NCBI RefSeq assembly: GCF_964204645.1
Contig: NC_134032.1
Coordinates: 10,962,275 to 11,026,274 of the forward strand
DNA: 64,000 nucleotides
Reading direction: 5' to 3'
Source of the DNA: Tubulanus polymorphus
Taxonomy: Eukaryota; Animalia; Nemertea
Part shown: positions 38,401-53,400 of the stretch, piece after piece
How positions within the stretch are numbered: position 1 is the first letter of the stretch
How the letters are laid out: each line of letters begins with the position of its first letter
Program-made: the position numbers and the translations under genes
Notes under the pieces: model-generated
What the model was told of the DNA's origin: nothing
Databases searched by the model: none
Seen by the model: the letters and a program-made list of their open reading frames with translations, nothing else

Positions 38401-41400
38401 CTTAGTTATATAGCCAATCTAACAATTTAAGACCAGTCTTAAGATTTAAGACCACTATTGGACTTAAGTCATGACTGTGCAACTGGCCCCAGGGGCTAAC
38501 TCAACTGATTTCAATTAAATCAAAGTTTTTGGAATAATTTGTTAAATTCCCTGATTTTTTTTCTAGATTTTTCTGATTCCTTGAGTATCCCAGGTTTTCC
38601 AGGTAAGTGGCCTCCCTCTGTCTTAGGTTCAAGTATTTCTAGATAATGCTTACTTCCCGAGTTCCGTGTTGAACGTCCCCGAGTCGACTCCGCACGCGTT
38701 CGTGCAATCCTTCGACGCGGGATCGACGCAGCCGCGCGTCTGCGCGTCGCGCGCCTGATTTGCCGCGCAGCGCACGTCGACGTTCGGCTGACAGTCCTCG
38801 ACGCCGTTGCCAGTCTGCTTCTTCTGATTCGCTTCGTCGAAGTAAACGTAGCCGGACAGACAAATACACGAGCCGTCCGACGGGAAAAACGCCCGATAGC
38901 GCCCCCTGCACGTACACTCGACGCTACCGGCTAGCGCGTACGACGATCCGCCGCACTGGCGACATGCCGACTGACCGATGAAATTATTGTACGTATTGTT
39001 CGGGCAGAATTCGCATTGACTGAAAGAAACCGCCTTTTCCGTCGTCCCGAACATGCCCATCGGGCACGGCAGCGGCGTACCGGACCGGGCCGGGCAATAA
39101 TGCCCGATCGGGCATGGATTGAGCGTGTAATCAGGCGTACCCGCCGGGCAGTAATATCCCGCCGGGCAGTCGTCGCACGACGTACGGTTTGTATGGTTAC
39201 CGTACGTTCCAGCCGGGCAGATTTGACACGACTGCGTTTTGTTGTAGCGTATGTCCGGGTGGTCGACCGACCGGTATCCGAGCGGGCATTTCAATGTCGC
39301 GTTGCTGCCCTCCGGGCAGTAGTATGGGTAGAGACACGGCACCGGAGAATCGGTCGAATTCATACAGTAGAACCCGCGCGGGCAGATCGGCGGCAGGCCG
39401 GTAGTTCCGCGACAGTAGTGGCTCATTCGACAATCGACTTCGATCGCGGCGCCGCGCGGACATTCAAATTTCTCGGCACACGGAATTCCCATCGTGTTCG
39501 ACGTATCGTTCGGGCAGTAGTAACCGGCGCGACACAGTTCGCAATCGGCCGCCGATCCGGCTCCCGGCTGCGGTCGCATTCTACCGGCCGGGCACATATA
39601 TGGTGGACTCGATTCCGGACAATAGTGACCGACCGGACACAAGCTGTTGTTATACTCGGACATACCTGGAATATTGAATACAAACAAAGAGTGAATCCCT
39701 ACACTTCAAGGCATTAGGTATTATTGATCCCATGGGGTGCTGGTTTCATAGACCCAGGGGATTTCATAGACCTGCTTCATCTCTCACACCTCGATCCAGT
39801 GCCCTGGTGTCATGAAAAGGTTTAACTAAAATTCTGGCTCAGTTGCTCTTGGTTGCCCCACATTTTCAATGAGGACAACAATTCAAACTTAACTGTATCA
39901 CGAAACTGGAGGGGTCTGTTTTATTTTCAACCCAAGCGGGCTAATTTATACAACTGTTTAAGCTTAAATCCAAAGGTGCTCGTTCTATTGACAAGTTTTA
40001 ATTTCAACCCAAGGTGCTGGTTTTATGGACCACTTTTTGCCATTTATAACCACTGGCTTTATTGAACACCCAGTTTAAAATCAAATCCCAAAGCACTGCT
40101 TTTAAACACTAGTTTTGTCTATAACCGGTTTTGACTCCAAGCCCCGGAAACTTACCAGTGTAGTTACACCAATAACCAGCCGGACACGGGTAACAATCCG
40201 ACAAACTGGCTGCTCCTTCGTCATTGCGATAGTACAACTCAGGACACGCCATCGGTCCTAGGCCTTCTAAACAATAGTGACCGACCGGACACAGGCGTTT
40301 CACCGGGTCGCCTGAAATAAATCCGAGAATAATTATCAGGAGAACTACTATCAAAATGTAATAAGTGATGAGTGGAACGGATTGGCTTACCAGGTACGCA
40401 CAAATAACCAGCGGGACAAGGAACACAGTCGGACTCTTGAGCTCCGCCGGAAACATTGCGCAACGTATTGTTCGGACACGGCACCGGTACGGGTATTCCC
40501 TCAGGGCAATAGTGCCCGGCGGGACATGGGCCAGCGCACTGGACCTGCGGCGGACAGCCAGTCTGCGTGATGGGTACCACTCCGGACGGCGTATACTCGT
40601 CGGAACCGGCCAAACAGAAATAACCGGCCGAACAATTGCCAGCGATTATACCACCCCTAAAATAAAAGTTTTCGGAGATCTTTTTAGAAATGGTTTCAGT
40701 TCCAAATCGGTTAAATTCGACACGAAATTAAGTTTAATTTTCAACTTACACGCAGAAGAAACCAGACGGACAGGAGATACATTCGAGAGCGTCTTTCAGA
40801 CCGGTCGTGTTGCCGGGGGTGTGAGTTCCGTTTGGACACGGAATCGGGTTCTGCGTGGCTGCAAAACATCGAGATCGTTTAGAACCCAATCAATTAGAAC
40901 CACCTGGGGATCTCAATTCATCAGAGAACATAGACGAACAGATAAGCAGTAGTTTGCTCCGCGAATGAACGTAAATTGAAATCAAAAATAATTCTTTGAA
41001 AATAGAGACTTATAAGAAAATGAATGTGAAATCGATCTTCTGAGTTTACGAGTATTTTAATACTTTTGGGAGTAATTGAGCTCTTAAAAGATTAAAAACA
41101 GCTTTCAAATAGTAGAGGTATGAAGTCAGGATAATATGTGAGAAATATTTTCTTAAATCATAACCGGTTACCTTCTGGGCAGTAGTGGTAAGCGGGACAG
41201 ATTTTCGCGTCGGGTACTTTAGCGTTCCGGCAGTAAAATCCCGCCGGGCATTTCTCGCATTCCCAGCTGCCCGTGTTCGGTTGGTATTGCCCGGCGGGGC
41301 ACGCGAGCGGAGCTGCCGTACCGTTCGGGCAATAGAACCCGACCGGGCAGATGAATTGCGAAGGCGTGGCAGTGATGGTCGTGTGATTGGCCGGACAGTA

Positions 41401-44400
41401 GTATCCCTGCAAACACTCGCCGGTCGGCTGAGCGAGACCAGCAATTGCGCAATAATATCCTCCAGTGCACGGTAAACAGTCATTAGGTACAGCACCACCT
41501 ACAATTAGATACCCCAACAACATGTTTTTGTGTAGCAGAAAAAATGTTCATAATTTTTCTAACATTGACTTGATTCGAAAAGTAACTAAACTTGAAACAT
41601 TATCTCTACTATTACAGCATGAAAGAATTCTTTACCTTCTACAGCCCTCATAGTTCCCGCAGGACAAAGCTCGGGAGATGCGGTCCCTTCCGGACAGTAG
41701 CGCCCGGGCGGGCACGGGCCATTCTCTGGGAAAAGCGCCGTAGCATTGGGTACCTTTGCGAACGCACCGCCTTGACAATAAAATCCAGCTTGGCATGGAC
41801 CTAGAAATAACGAATTATTATTTTTGTTAAACCCTGCACCAAATCTCATTTACCCGTAAATTCTGCAAGAAATTTGATCTCGACGAACCTGTCGGAACGC
41901 TATTACCAACTCCCTCGCAGTACTGGCCCACCGAGCACCACGTACAGTCCGTCGACACATGTAGACCAGTGCGATTATTGAAGGTGCCTTTCGGGCAAGG
42001 TTGCGGCGGCATACCCTCAGGACAAAAATGACCTATGTAAGTAGAGAAATTTTGATATCCTAAATAGTTTCCTTTGACATGAGGAAAGCTGAAAGTCTTG
42101 AAGTGAAAATTTTTCGAAAAATTTATATTGTTTATATTTTTTGAAATTTTGATTTTCTCGAAAAATTACCAGTTTTACACGGGAACGGTGTCGTCATGTT
42201 CACATCGTGACACATACTACCAGCCGGACAAATCGTACAATTTGATTGGCCGGTGTTCGATTGATACGTTCCGACCTCGCAGCCGATAGGCGCGACCGTT
42301 CCGGCCGGGCAATAGTGACCGGCCGGACACGGGTGACCTTCGATATTATCCGTGGGGCGAGGAGTTGAACTTCCTCCGGTGCAGACGTACCTATTGTGAC
42401 AAACGAAAATCAATTCAGTAAAAGATATGGCTTCCTCTGTGAGTCACCCTATGACATCACCGACGAGCCTGCACTCATTTGATCTATTTATGAATACCCA
42501 GTTCCAGAAAAGAAGGCCGCCTCTAAATCCTCCAATGACATCATCGACCACATAGACTATACCAGAAATAATGTGTGCAAAGATAGCTGCCTCCATAAAC
42601 TTCCCTATGACATCATCAAATTGCCTAGAGAATTGTAGACTGACGGTTGCAGAAATAATTTCGATGAATCGATCCCCCTATGACATCATACAATTCCTCA
42701 GTGAGCAATGCATTCTCTTTGAAAGACTTTCAGAAAATACAGCTCTCACCGATTACCAGATCAAGATGATTATAATAGCTCTCATTCAACGTACCCTGGG
42801 TCGCAGATTGGCGCTTCGGTAATTTTCGTGAACGCCTTCACGTTACAGTATCGACCGGGCAGACATGGTTCACAGCCACTTGCGCTGACGACTTCCTGTA
42901 CAATCGAGAACGTGCCGAGCGGACACGGTTGCGGGTATTCGGTGCCGTTCGTGCAATAGTAACCGACCGGGCAGACGTCGTTGCCGGTGAACGTGATATT
43001 GTGAGTTTGATTCACCTAAAAGAGAGTTAAAACTTATAAAATTATGAAACCTCCTGGTGGAAACCCTTCTCTCAGTTCACACAGTAAGGGATTCACATCA
43101 ACTTAAAACAACATTCCTGATATCAGAACAAAAGCCCTTTTAGCCTAGTTCTGACTACCAGGCCCTATTCCTCGGGCTGGTTTCATAGACCATTTTTACC
43201 TTTAACCCAGGGGTTATTTCAACCTATAATCAATTAGATTAACCCTTGGGTTAAAGGCATAACTCATATATAAAACTGACCACGATTCTGCCTTTTAAGT
43301 AAGTTCAAATCTTAAAGACAGCTACAGGCAACATTCAATGGAACATCAATTACTTGTAAGCCCAGGTCAAACAACCAGACCCTTCAGTCTCGTTCTAACA
43401 ACAAGCCCCTATGACCGTAGGTCAAACTACAGACCCTTTCAGTCTAGTTCTAAGAACAAACCCTGTCAACCTAGGTCCACGAAACCCATGTGAGCCCAGG
43501 TCTAAGAACAAGCTGTTGTAGCCTAAGAATTCATAAACTTTTTGTACATTACCAGATGATCTCTAGGGGTAGGTGACTGCGCCGCTCCAGTGCAGTAATA
43601 TCCTCCAAAACATTCCCCGGTCGGGGAACTCAATCCCTCCGTTTCACAATACATTCCAGCCGTACAATCCGTACACTGCGTGATTGACGTTAACAGTTTT
43701 TGTGGATTGAACGTTCCTTTCGGACACGGAGACGTCGTCGATAAACCAGTCCCCTGCAGACAGTAATGTCCCTCAGGACACGGGCTCGGGGTCACGACCG
43801 CTGTGCCTGAAAAGCGAGGACGAAAAAAATTCAGAGATCTTTCGATGATTCAAATAAAGAATTCAAGAGTATATTTTGGTCAAGATTCATCTCACCAGGG
43901 GCCAGTTCCATAGTCATGGCTGAGACTTAGCCAATCTCACAACTTAAGCCCAATATTAAGATTTAATACAACTTTTAGATTAAAGACTGATTACCAGTCC
44001 AGGACTCAGTTCCTCGGGTTTGAGTTTCATTTAGCTCTATAGACTTAGGTAAAGCAGGTCTGAACAAAGTTGCACAGTTTTTGGTTGAATCCGAGTCATC
44101 AAAAGTTCATTTTCAATTACTCGCAAACTTATAGCGATATCTTAACTCAGAACTGCCCGAAACAGGATAAAAATTTGAAAGCTAAACGTATCCTACCGTT
44201 GACAGGATCGCAGAAATATCCCGCGGGACAAATATCGCAGACGTGTCGTCCTTCGTTCGCCTGATAGAATCCGCTGAGGCACTGAACCGGTAACGTAGTT
44301 CCAAGCGGACAATAGTGTCCTCTCCAACAAAGCAAGTTCGACGGAGTGGCCGTGTCGATACCAGACGGACAATAATACCCCGGCGAACATCGATCAGTAG

Positions 44401-47400
44401 GAACGATATTACCATTTCCTAAAGAAGAAATTTTACAGGTTTTTTTCGAAAATGAGAATTTCAAATAAAAATCGGAAAAATTGGAAATATGTACCAGTTA
44501 CTGACCTTGACAGTAGTGACCCCCGGTACAATTAAGGCAGTCAGAAACTTGCGCATTGCCCGTCACATTTGAGAAAGTTCCGGACGGACAAGCTTCAGGT
44601 ACGTCTGTACCGATCGGACAGTAATGACCCATCGGGCAGACGTGCTGTCTCGGACTGAAGCTCGTGTGGTTACAGTAGAAACCAGGGCTGCATTGTCCTG
44701 TAATTTTGTGAAAACAAGGTTTTGAGCACTTGCCACCAAATTTTGGCGTAAATTGAAATTTAAAATGGTTAGTTTACCAGTCGGGGCGTCGAGGCCGGGC
44801 CGTTCGCAGTAGTATCCTCCGGTGCACGGTAGAGCTCGGGGGGAACCCTCCGGGCAATAATACCCCGGCGGACAGATTCCACCGGTTGTGAGGTGGAACG
44901 CCGGACAAACGCAGTCCCACATCGGTGAACACGTATCATTAGAGACAAGGTCACTGGAAATATAGTAATTAACAAGTCACTAATGCATGGATCAATTTCT
45001 TCCTACAGATTGCCGGAAATTATGGCGATTGTGATCACATCAGATCATTCTATTAAGCTACATCTGCTATTATCAATCTGGTGTTGAAAAAACTATTTTT
45101 AAAATGGCTGCCAGGCAGCTATGTTTGATTCTACATACTTGGGTGTTCCACCGAGCGACGTCAAGTTTCCGGCGTGGAACGGTCGTTTCTGGAAACTGCC
45201 ACCCGCGCAAAAGAATCCCGCCGCGCACAAACCATCGGGCTCCGAGTTTCCGGTACCCTCGCAGTAATAACCGGGCGTACATGCTTTACAACTTGTGTAA
45301 CTGCTAGCCCCTGAAAAATGTGTAATATTTGCATGTTAGTACCGTATGTAATGAGCATATCTAATACACCAGGCCCCGGTTCCAGAGTCGCGAGTTATAG
45401 AGTTAACTCTAAATTATGAATCAGTTAAATTTCGACGAGTTAGTACTTTTTACTCAAATCTTAACTCAATACTCTGGAATTGGTTCTGGGTAATCAACAA
45501 CAAAATCAATGTTTTCAACATTTCAATCGACTCAGTAGTCTTACCGGTGCCGTTGTTAAATCGTCCTTGTTGGCATGGATATTGCGTAGAGAATTGTGTG
45601 CCTTCCGAGCAGACGTAACCGACCGGGCAGATAGTAGGCGTAACCGTTTCATTCATACAGAAATAACCTACAAGAAATACAAGCGATCATCGGTAAAATG
45701 CAGACAATATTCAAATTGGCAGTGACCGGTAGCCTACTCGAAAATTTCAAAATCACTGGAAAAATAATGGGATTTCAGGGACATGATATCAAAGAACTCA
45801 AAATAGGCTTTTTTTACGAATATTTGCAATAAATCGAAATAAATTGATGTCACAATCAGAGAAAAAGATTTTCCTTATTTGGAGACAGGTAACTATTTTC
45901 GCGATGATTACCTGCTGGACAAGGTAAACAAGACGGGGTTCCTGGGTTAGGTGCGTACGTTCCCGGCAAGCACGGAGTCGGATAGGTGGCATTGGTCGGA
46001 CATTCGGAACCGGCCGTACATTTACCACCGACACCTGTGTGCGGAACATCGGACTCTGGGTTGGATATGTTAACTCCTAGAAGCAAAAAGACAATGAATG
46101 AGTCAAAACTAAAATTCAAATGCTACGAACTGTCAACTAAAAATCTGTAGAAACATTTCGAGCTGACCTGAAGTACAATAGAATCCTGGCGTACATCCAC
46201 CGGCGGGTGCGGGTAAACCTGGAATATCGCAATACATTCCACCTCGACACGGACTACATTCTGATTCTTGCTTCAGTTTCGCGGACGCTCCGAAAGTTCC
46301 TTAAAAATTTCGAAATAGATCATAATGCATATCCCGTAAATAACTAGGGGTCAGTTCATAGATATGAGCGTCAGATTTTGAATATCAATTTTCTAAATAA
46401 TTGAAAACATTTTTATACCAAAATCGAGTTAACTCACCAATTGGACATGGTATATACCCTGCACCGGTTTGGGGCGGGCAGTAGTACCCTTGCGGACAGG
46501 GATCAGCGCGGATACCATCCGTACAGTAAAATCCTTCCGGGCAGGCGTAGCAGACGTCTCCGCCGGTGTGATTCATGTAGGTGGCGTTTTGGCAGACGGA
46601 CGGCGATGAACTGCCTTCCGGGCAGACGTGGCCGATCGGACAAACGTCGCCAGTTGTTCCATCTGAAATTGGTGAAATTTAATTCCTAATTTTTATAACT
46701 TGCAATACGCTATCAAGTTTAAAGAGTTTTTTCATGCATATAGCCGAATATTGAGGTCATAATTCAACAAACCTGTTGGATTTGATATCGAAGCACCACC
46801 AGCACAGTAATACCCAGCCATACACGGTCCAGTAACGTTATTTTTACCAGTGTTCTGACAATACGATCCCGCCAGACAGGACACACAATCAGAACTTTGA
46901 GTTTTTCCTACAAGCGAATTACAAAAACTTGGAATATGAATAGTGGATTAGGGCGAGCTTCGATCAAACGATTTTTAAATGATCAATTCAGTTTTATCTA
47001 AAAACTACATAGACAGGGCGGGAACCATATCTGGGAGTTGTTTACACTCTTTCGTGAAATCAGAAAACGTTTTCCATTCGAGCATGACATGACAATACTT
47101 ATCCGACAATGCCAGTCAATTCTTACCTCCCATCGGTTGGTACGTTCCTTTCGGACAAGGCACTGGGCTCGGAGTGCCCTGCGGGCAATAGTGACCGTTC
47201 GGGCAGAGGTAGCCTTCAGCTAGTCCCACCGGATTTGGGCTTTGAGAACCGAGGACACAGTAGTATCCGGCTGTACACGGAGCGTGAGGACTGGTGAGCC
47301 CAGGCGTCGGGCAATGATAACCCGGATCGCACAGCGGACATTCCACGTCTGCTCGTAAACCTGTCATGTTACCGTAACGACCAGCTGGGCAGTTGATTCC

Positions 47401-50400
47401 TAAAGAAAGCGTAATTACCGATATATCAACAGGGCTGTCAACCTTTGAAAAACGCTACCAGTAACAAATTGAATTTTTTCAGTAAAATTTTATCGAGATA
47501 TGCAAGAAAATATTCAAATCATCAGGTTCGGAATACTGACCTGTTGATGAGCCTTGCGGGCAATAACTGCCCATCGGGCAGATGTTACCGGTGACACCGT
47601 CGGTGGGTGTCGACGTATTCGCCCCGCCGCTACAGTAATATCCGGCATCGCAAGGTCCCGTAGGTGTTGTTTTACCGGGAAACTCGCAATAATAACCAGC
47701 CGTACAATCGTAGCAATCACCTAAATGTCAACCGATAGCTGTGTAAGATTTCTGTGAAACTTTTGTTCGAAAACTTTTGGCTTGATGCAGTTAGGCTTCT
47801 TTTTAATAGACTGATCCATGTATGGACATTTTTCATCACAATAAAGGAAAACAAAAGATTTTCTCCATAAAAAATTTGTTCATACGATTTATAGGTAGAG
47901 ATTTACACATTTTCATCCAAATTTGTTAAGTAGTAAAGGTCGGAAATGTTTTTTCAATTTTTTCCGTCTTCCCCTGGAAATGTGGCTGTTAAATATCCAT
48001 CAAGTTTTTTTAAAAAGGCTCTTTGCTTGTAACGATGACTCCTTTTCAAAGAAATTTCCTTCGATTTACAATTTTCTGAGAAAACTGCCATAACAGGTAA
48101 CCACTTACTTTGTTGCGTAAGTTCGGTTTGGTTGCTGAATGTTCCCGACGTGCACGGATTTTGAGTTGCGAACATCGTACGTGACGGACAATAGTAACCC
48201 TCGGGACACGGTCTGGGCGCGATAACACCGGTGACATTACCCAGCTCGTATGGGTCGCAGTATTTACCGGTCGGACAAGCGTCGCACGTCGCCTGTTCGC
48301 TGGTCGCCTGATAATACCCTGAAAATTGAAGATATTTTCTTCGTTTATTCATCCTAGATTTAGGATTTTTTAGGATTTAGGACATTGTTGGGAATCTAGA
48401 AACGATTTTCGGCGAGACGGTTCATGAGGATAAAGGATAACAAAATCTTCTTAGACTGTTCCTGACAATCAGTTAAGTAATTTCTAAAGGACAGTTCACT
48501 GTTTTTGAATTCACGCAATGCATGTACTTAGTTACCTAATCATTGGTGGTATGCTTTTATAATCAGATGGGCTTATGTGAAAATATCCGATCATGAAACT
48601 TAACCACTGACAGGTAACATTACATGCTGTCTTGATGGTAAAGAACAGTAAAACAGTTTAACCCTTTCAGTGCTGACTAATCAATACCCTATAGTGCTGG
48701 AGATAATTTGAAAATTTAAAAAATTCCACCCTAGTGTGTTGAACTACGGGGATACCACTATAGACCGTCTACACCGCGGCGCGGTATATCGTTAGTTACT
48801 AATATTTCGCTATGTTTGACAGGTGCTGCCATCTTTCAATAGAGATAAAAACTAATTACTGATTACACCAATACACCGCAGTGTAGTGTACTAGCAAAAT
48901 CCATACACCGCACTGCGGTGTAGACACACTGAAAGGGTTAATAGACTGTTCCTGACAATCAAGATCAAGCAAAGCAAAATCAAATCCAAAGAAATTATGT
49001 GTATAATCTTGTACATATTATAAGTAAATAAATCATACAATTCCTTATCTATCATCTTTGAGGGAAATGTTAGCACTCCATCAAAATCTTACCTCTTTCA
49101 CATCGAATAGGTCCACTTGATCCCGTCGGGCAGGAGTGCCCAGCCGGGCACGGGAACGGAGAGTCATGGGCATCGTTACCCGGACAATAGTATCCGGCAC
49201 GACACAAACCTGTCTCCGTCACTAATCCCGTACCACTGCAATAATAACCTGAAATAAAAGAAGTCATTAAAAATAATTCGAAATTATTTTTGGTCAAACG
49301 TCGTCCAAGTTTTTAAAACTTTTGATACATACCCGGTGTGCACGGCAGACAGTTAGCTGACTCTGTGTTTCCAGTCGTGTTTGAAAACGTCCCGTTCGGA
49401 CACGGAGTCGAAGCCGATGAACCCAACGGACAATAGTGACCAGCCAAGCAGACGGACTGAGCTGGATTCGCGACATCGTCTCCTCCCGAACAGAAATAAC
49501 CAGCCAAGCATTGACCTACAATTTGAATGAAATGCAATTAAGTCGTTAATCTAGACAAGCAAAAATCATATATTCTCCAATTGGACTACAATGGAAATCA
49601 GACTACATTAAAATCATATATGCTGGCATCGGACTACAATTAAACTGATTTTTGACAAATCTACATCGCGAATCATTTTTTTCCAGTCTGTAGCGGTCAG
49701 AAAATGAGGCATCAATGGGGCCTGCTGGATCTTGCTCACATTTTCCAATACGAGAGGATGTAATTTGTTACCTTTTGGCATTGCCAACTCGTAGTCATCG
49801 CAATAATAGCCGGAATCACACGCGGTCGGAGCTGCAGAACCAACTGGACAGTAACTACCCGGCTGACAGCGCCCTCCGGTGTAATTAAACTCCAAACACG
49901 TACACATATCGATACTAGAATAGTTACCTGTGAATCAACAAATAAACAATAAATGGCTGCAAAGCTATTTCGATTTCTAGCTCTAATTTCAAAAAGCTCA
50001 TTTTTTCAAATCCGTCATGCTTGTATTAAAATTACAATTTTTGGAACTAAAATTTGTATTTCCGAGTAGTACTTACCCTTTCCTATGGTTTTTGCCAATA
50101 TTTTCTAAATTTGGATTTATCGCCAATGGTTTTTCTATACGACCCGGCCCTGCGGTATTGCATTTAGCCACCGGCGAAATCCGCCATCTTTTTTCGTCAT
50201 AGCAGACCAAAAAAAAAAAAACAGCTATGCGGGGCAGGTGGGCGGGATTCCCACCATAGGAAAGGGTAAGTACTACTCGGAAATACAAATTTTAGTTCCA
50301 AAAATTGTAATATTTCCATCGAGTACTGTACCCTTTCCTATGGTTTTTGCTAGACTAGCCTAGCACAAGGATGGTGGGAAAGGTAGATAGAAAAACCACC

Positions 50401-53400
50401 GCTCGAACGCAAGGTAAGAGGGAAAAAGAGAGCACTTACCCAAGCACGGAAGGAGCACTGTAGCACAGGGAAGACCGGTTGGCCACAGTGAGTCCGTCCA
50501 GCTCAGGAGCCCCCCCCAGAATTTTGCGAAATTAATACTTGCAGATATGAGCCCAAACTATGTACAAGGATACACCCCCTGTGATCCTGATAATGCTACA
50601 TAAATATTCTACACTAAAGGGTCCGATCGGAAAGAACGGACACCTTGAGCCATGACAACAGGACCAAGTGAAGCTAATGAGCCTAACTGGCCTGAAACAT
50701 CCCGTAAATAAAATGACGTGAATGTCGACGGTGAATTCCAAAAGGCGGCCCGACAGACTTCCTCCAACGGAGCACCCGAAAAGGCTGCGCAGGAAGTAGC
50801 CATAGACCACACTTGATGAGAAACGACTCCCTCCGAGGAAAGATTCTCCTTCAATAAAATGTCCTTGATCATTGAAGAGACCCATCGGGCTACTGTGTCC
50901 CGCGAAATATCACCCTTTAGGTGATCCAGCAGCGGAATAAATAACCGCTCCCGTGAACCCCTCCGTGAAGCAGAGCGATCTAAATAGAAACACAACGCCC
51001 GCACAGGACATAAAGTCCTGTCCGGGATGCCCGGTTCCACTCGATGTTTTAGGGCTTCAATTCGCCATTGACGCCCAACCTAGCCTGGTCGTTGGTTCTT
51101 TGCCAAAAATTCCAAAGCAGGCCGCAGCGAAACAAATTCATTCGCTGGCCCAAAGACAATGTGACCTTGTCGGACTGAAAGCGCATGAATCTCAGAGCGA
51201 CGGGCCGAGCAAGCCAAGAACAGCAAAAATACAGTCTTTTTTGACAAATTTGCAAAAGACGCTGCCGAAAGAGGTTCAAATGGAGCCTCCATTAACTTCT
51301 TCAAAATTACAGACAGATCCCATGGTGGAACTGTCCTTGTTACCCGAGGCCGGGAAATAGAAAACCCAGCAACCAGCTGGGATATCCGATGATCCCCTGC
51401 TACATTTGGCCATCCAGAAGCACGCAATGTATGAGAAATCGCGGAGCGGTAACCTTTAATAGTTATGACCTGTAAACCTTTTGCTACAAATAGGTGCAGT
51501 AAAAAATCTGCCAATTGAGCTACAGAGGGTGAGCATGGATCAATTTCCCCTGCAGCACACCAATCCGCAAAATGACTCCATTTGGCATCGTAAATGGTAC
51601 TTGTTGATGGCCGCTTAGATCCTGCGATAAAGGAGGCAGCCTGTTCTGAAAAGCCTGAAGCTGACAAGGATCGCTGGACAATGGCCAGGCGAGCAGATTT
51701 AACCACTGGCTGTTTGGATGATGCCGAAAGATCCCCTGAGACAGAAGCGATGGGAAATTCGGAAGAATCCTGGGGTTGTCGCACAGTAGGTTGAGAAGTG
51801 GTAGGAACCATTTCTGAGCCGGCCAACATGGTGCTATCAGAACTATGTTGCAATTGACTGATCTCTCTATTTGATCCAGTAGGCGCGGCAGGACTGGTGT
51901 GGGCGGGAACGCATACGCATGCATCCCCGACCAGTCCAGAGAGAAGGCATCGACCCCCCACGCTTCCGCGTCTGGAAACGGGGACACAAACAGAGGACAC
52001 CTCCGATTGAACCGGGTGGCAAACAGATCCAGCAGCGGATTGCCAAAAATGCCCCGAACCCGATCGACTACTTCTTGGTGGAGAACCCATTCTGTCGCAA
52101 TAGCCTGACCTCGACGAGACAGAGCATCGGCCATCACGTTCCTTTTCCCTGCTAAATGTGCCACAGTCAGGGACACGCCCTTTGTCTGGCACCAAAGAAG
52201 AATTTTGGCCGACAGACCTGTGAGGGTTTCTGAGTGAGTGCCCCCTTGGTTCTGAAGGTAAGCCCTCACTGTTGAATTGTCCGTGGCTAACCAAACGTGG
52301 TGGCCCTCCACTCTCCTGTGAAAGAACTTCAGGGCCTTCCACACGGCCAGCATTTCTAGGAAATTTATGTGGTTGGTGGCCTCGTAGCGAGACCATTTCC
52401 CGGCTTTGACTCGGTTCTCCAGATGTGCCCCCCAACCTTGGTGACTGGCATCCGTGAATACACGAACTGGAGCCTCTAACGGGGCTAGTGACACCCCGAG
52501 CCGAAGATTCGTAGTGGCCGCCCACCACTGAAGATCCGGACTTAGATCGGTTGGAGGTACGGGAATCAAGGCCTCCCAGTTGCCCTTCGACTGAGACCAG
52601 AAGACCTTCCAATATTGTTGCAAGCGCCTGCTTCTGAGGCGGCCTAAGGGCACCACCAGACCCATGGAGCTGATGGAGCCTAGAAGCCGTGACCAGTAAC
52701 GAGCTGTTCTCGGGGTTGTGGACACTCCCGCTACAGCTTCTTGAAGTTTGGCCACTCGAACCATAGACGGAAAGACTTTGCCGATTCGGAGATCGAAGTC
52801 CATGCCGAGATAAGTGAACTGTTGGGCCGGCGTCAACTGAGATTTTTCCCTGTTTACGCGGAACCCTAGCTGATGGACTAAGTCCAAGACTGAGGTCATT
52901 GCCTCCCGACATTCCTGAGCCGAATTCGCGACTATTAACCAGTCGTCGAGGTAAACGAACAGTCGAACACCCCTTGACTGAAGTACCTTCTGAACTGACT
53001 TGACCAACTTGGTGAAAACCCACGGGGCCGTACTGAGGCCAAATGGAAGAGACCTGAATTGGAACTGGCGGCCTTTCCACTTTATCCTGAGAAATCGCCG
53101 AGATTTTGGGTGAATTGGAACCGGAAAGTAAGCATCCTTCAGGTCCAATGAAGCCGCCCATTGACCCGGACATAGCCCTTGAATCACGTCCTTGGGCTTG
53201 GTCATCCGGAACCTTGGAATGTCTAGGTGCCGATTGAGGGATGACAGATCTATCACTGTCCGTTGACCCCCTGTGGCCTTTGGTACCATGAATATTCGAG
53301 AAAACCAGCCGGGAGAAGTTTCGTTGCAAACTGGTTCTATCGCTCCCTTCTCTGCCAGTTCCTTGAGAGCCGGAGAGATTAAGGCCTCCTGACCTGGTTT

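Noticed and set aside
39016-39717. Plus-strand ORFs such as 39016-39717, 26551-27141 and 40365-40952
   Set aside because: Antisense shadows of GC-rich exons of the giant gene.
51040-51082. Frameshift between the two YR ORFs
   Set aside because: Both are in the same frame, separated by one TAG and 13 sense codons.
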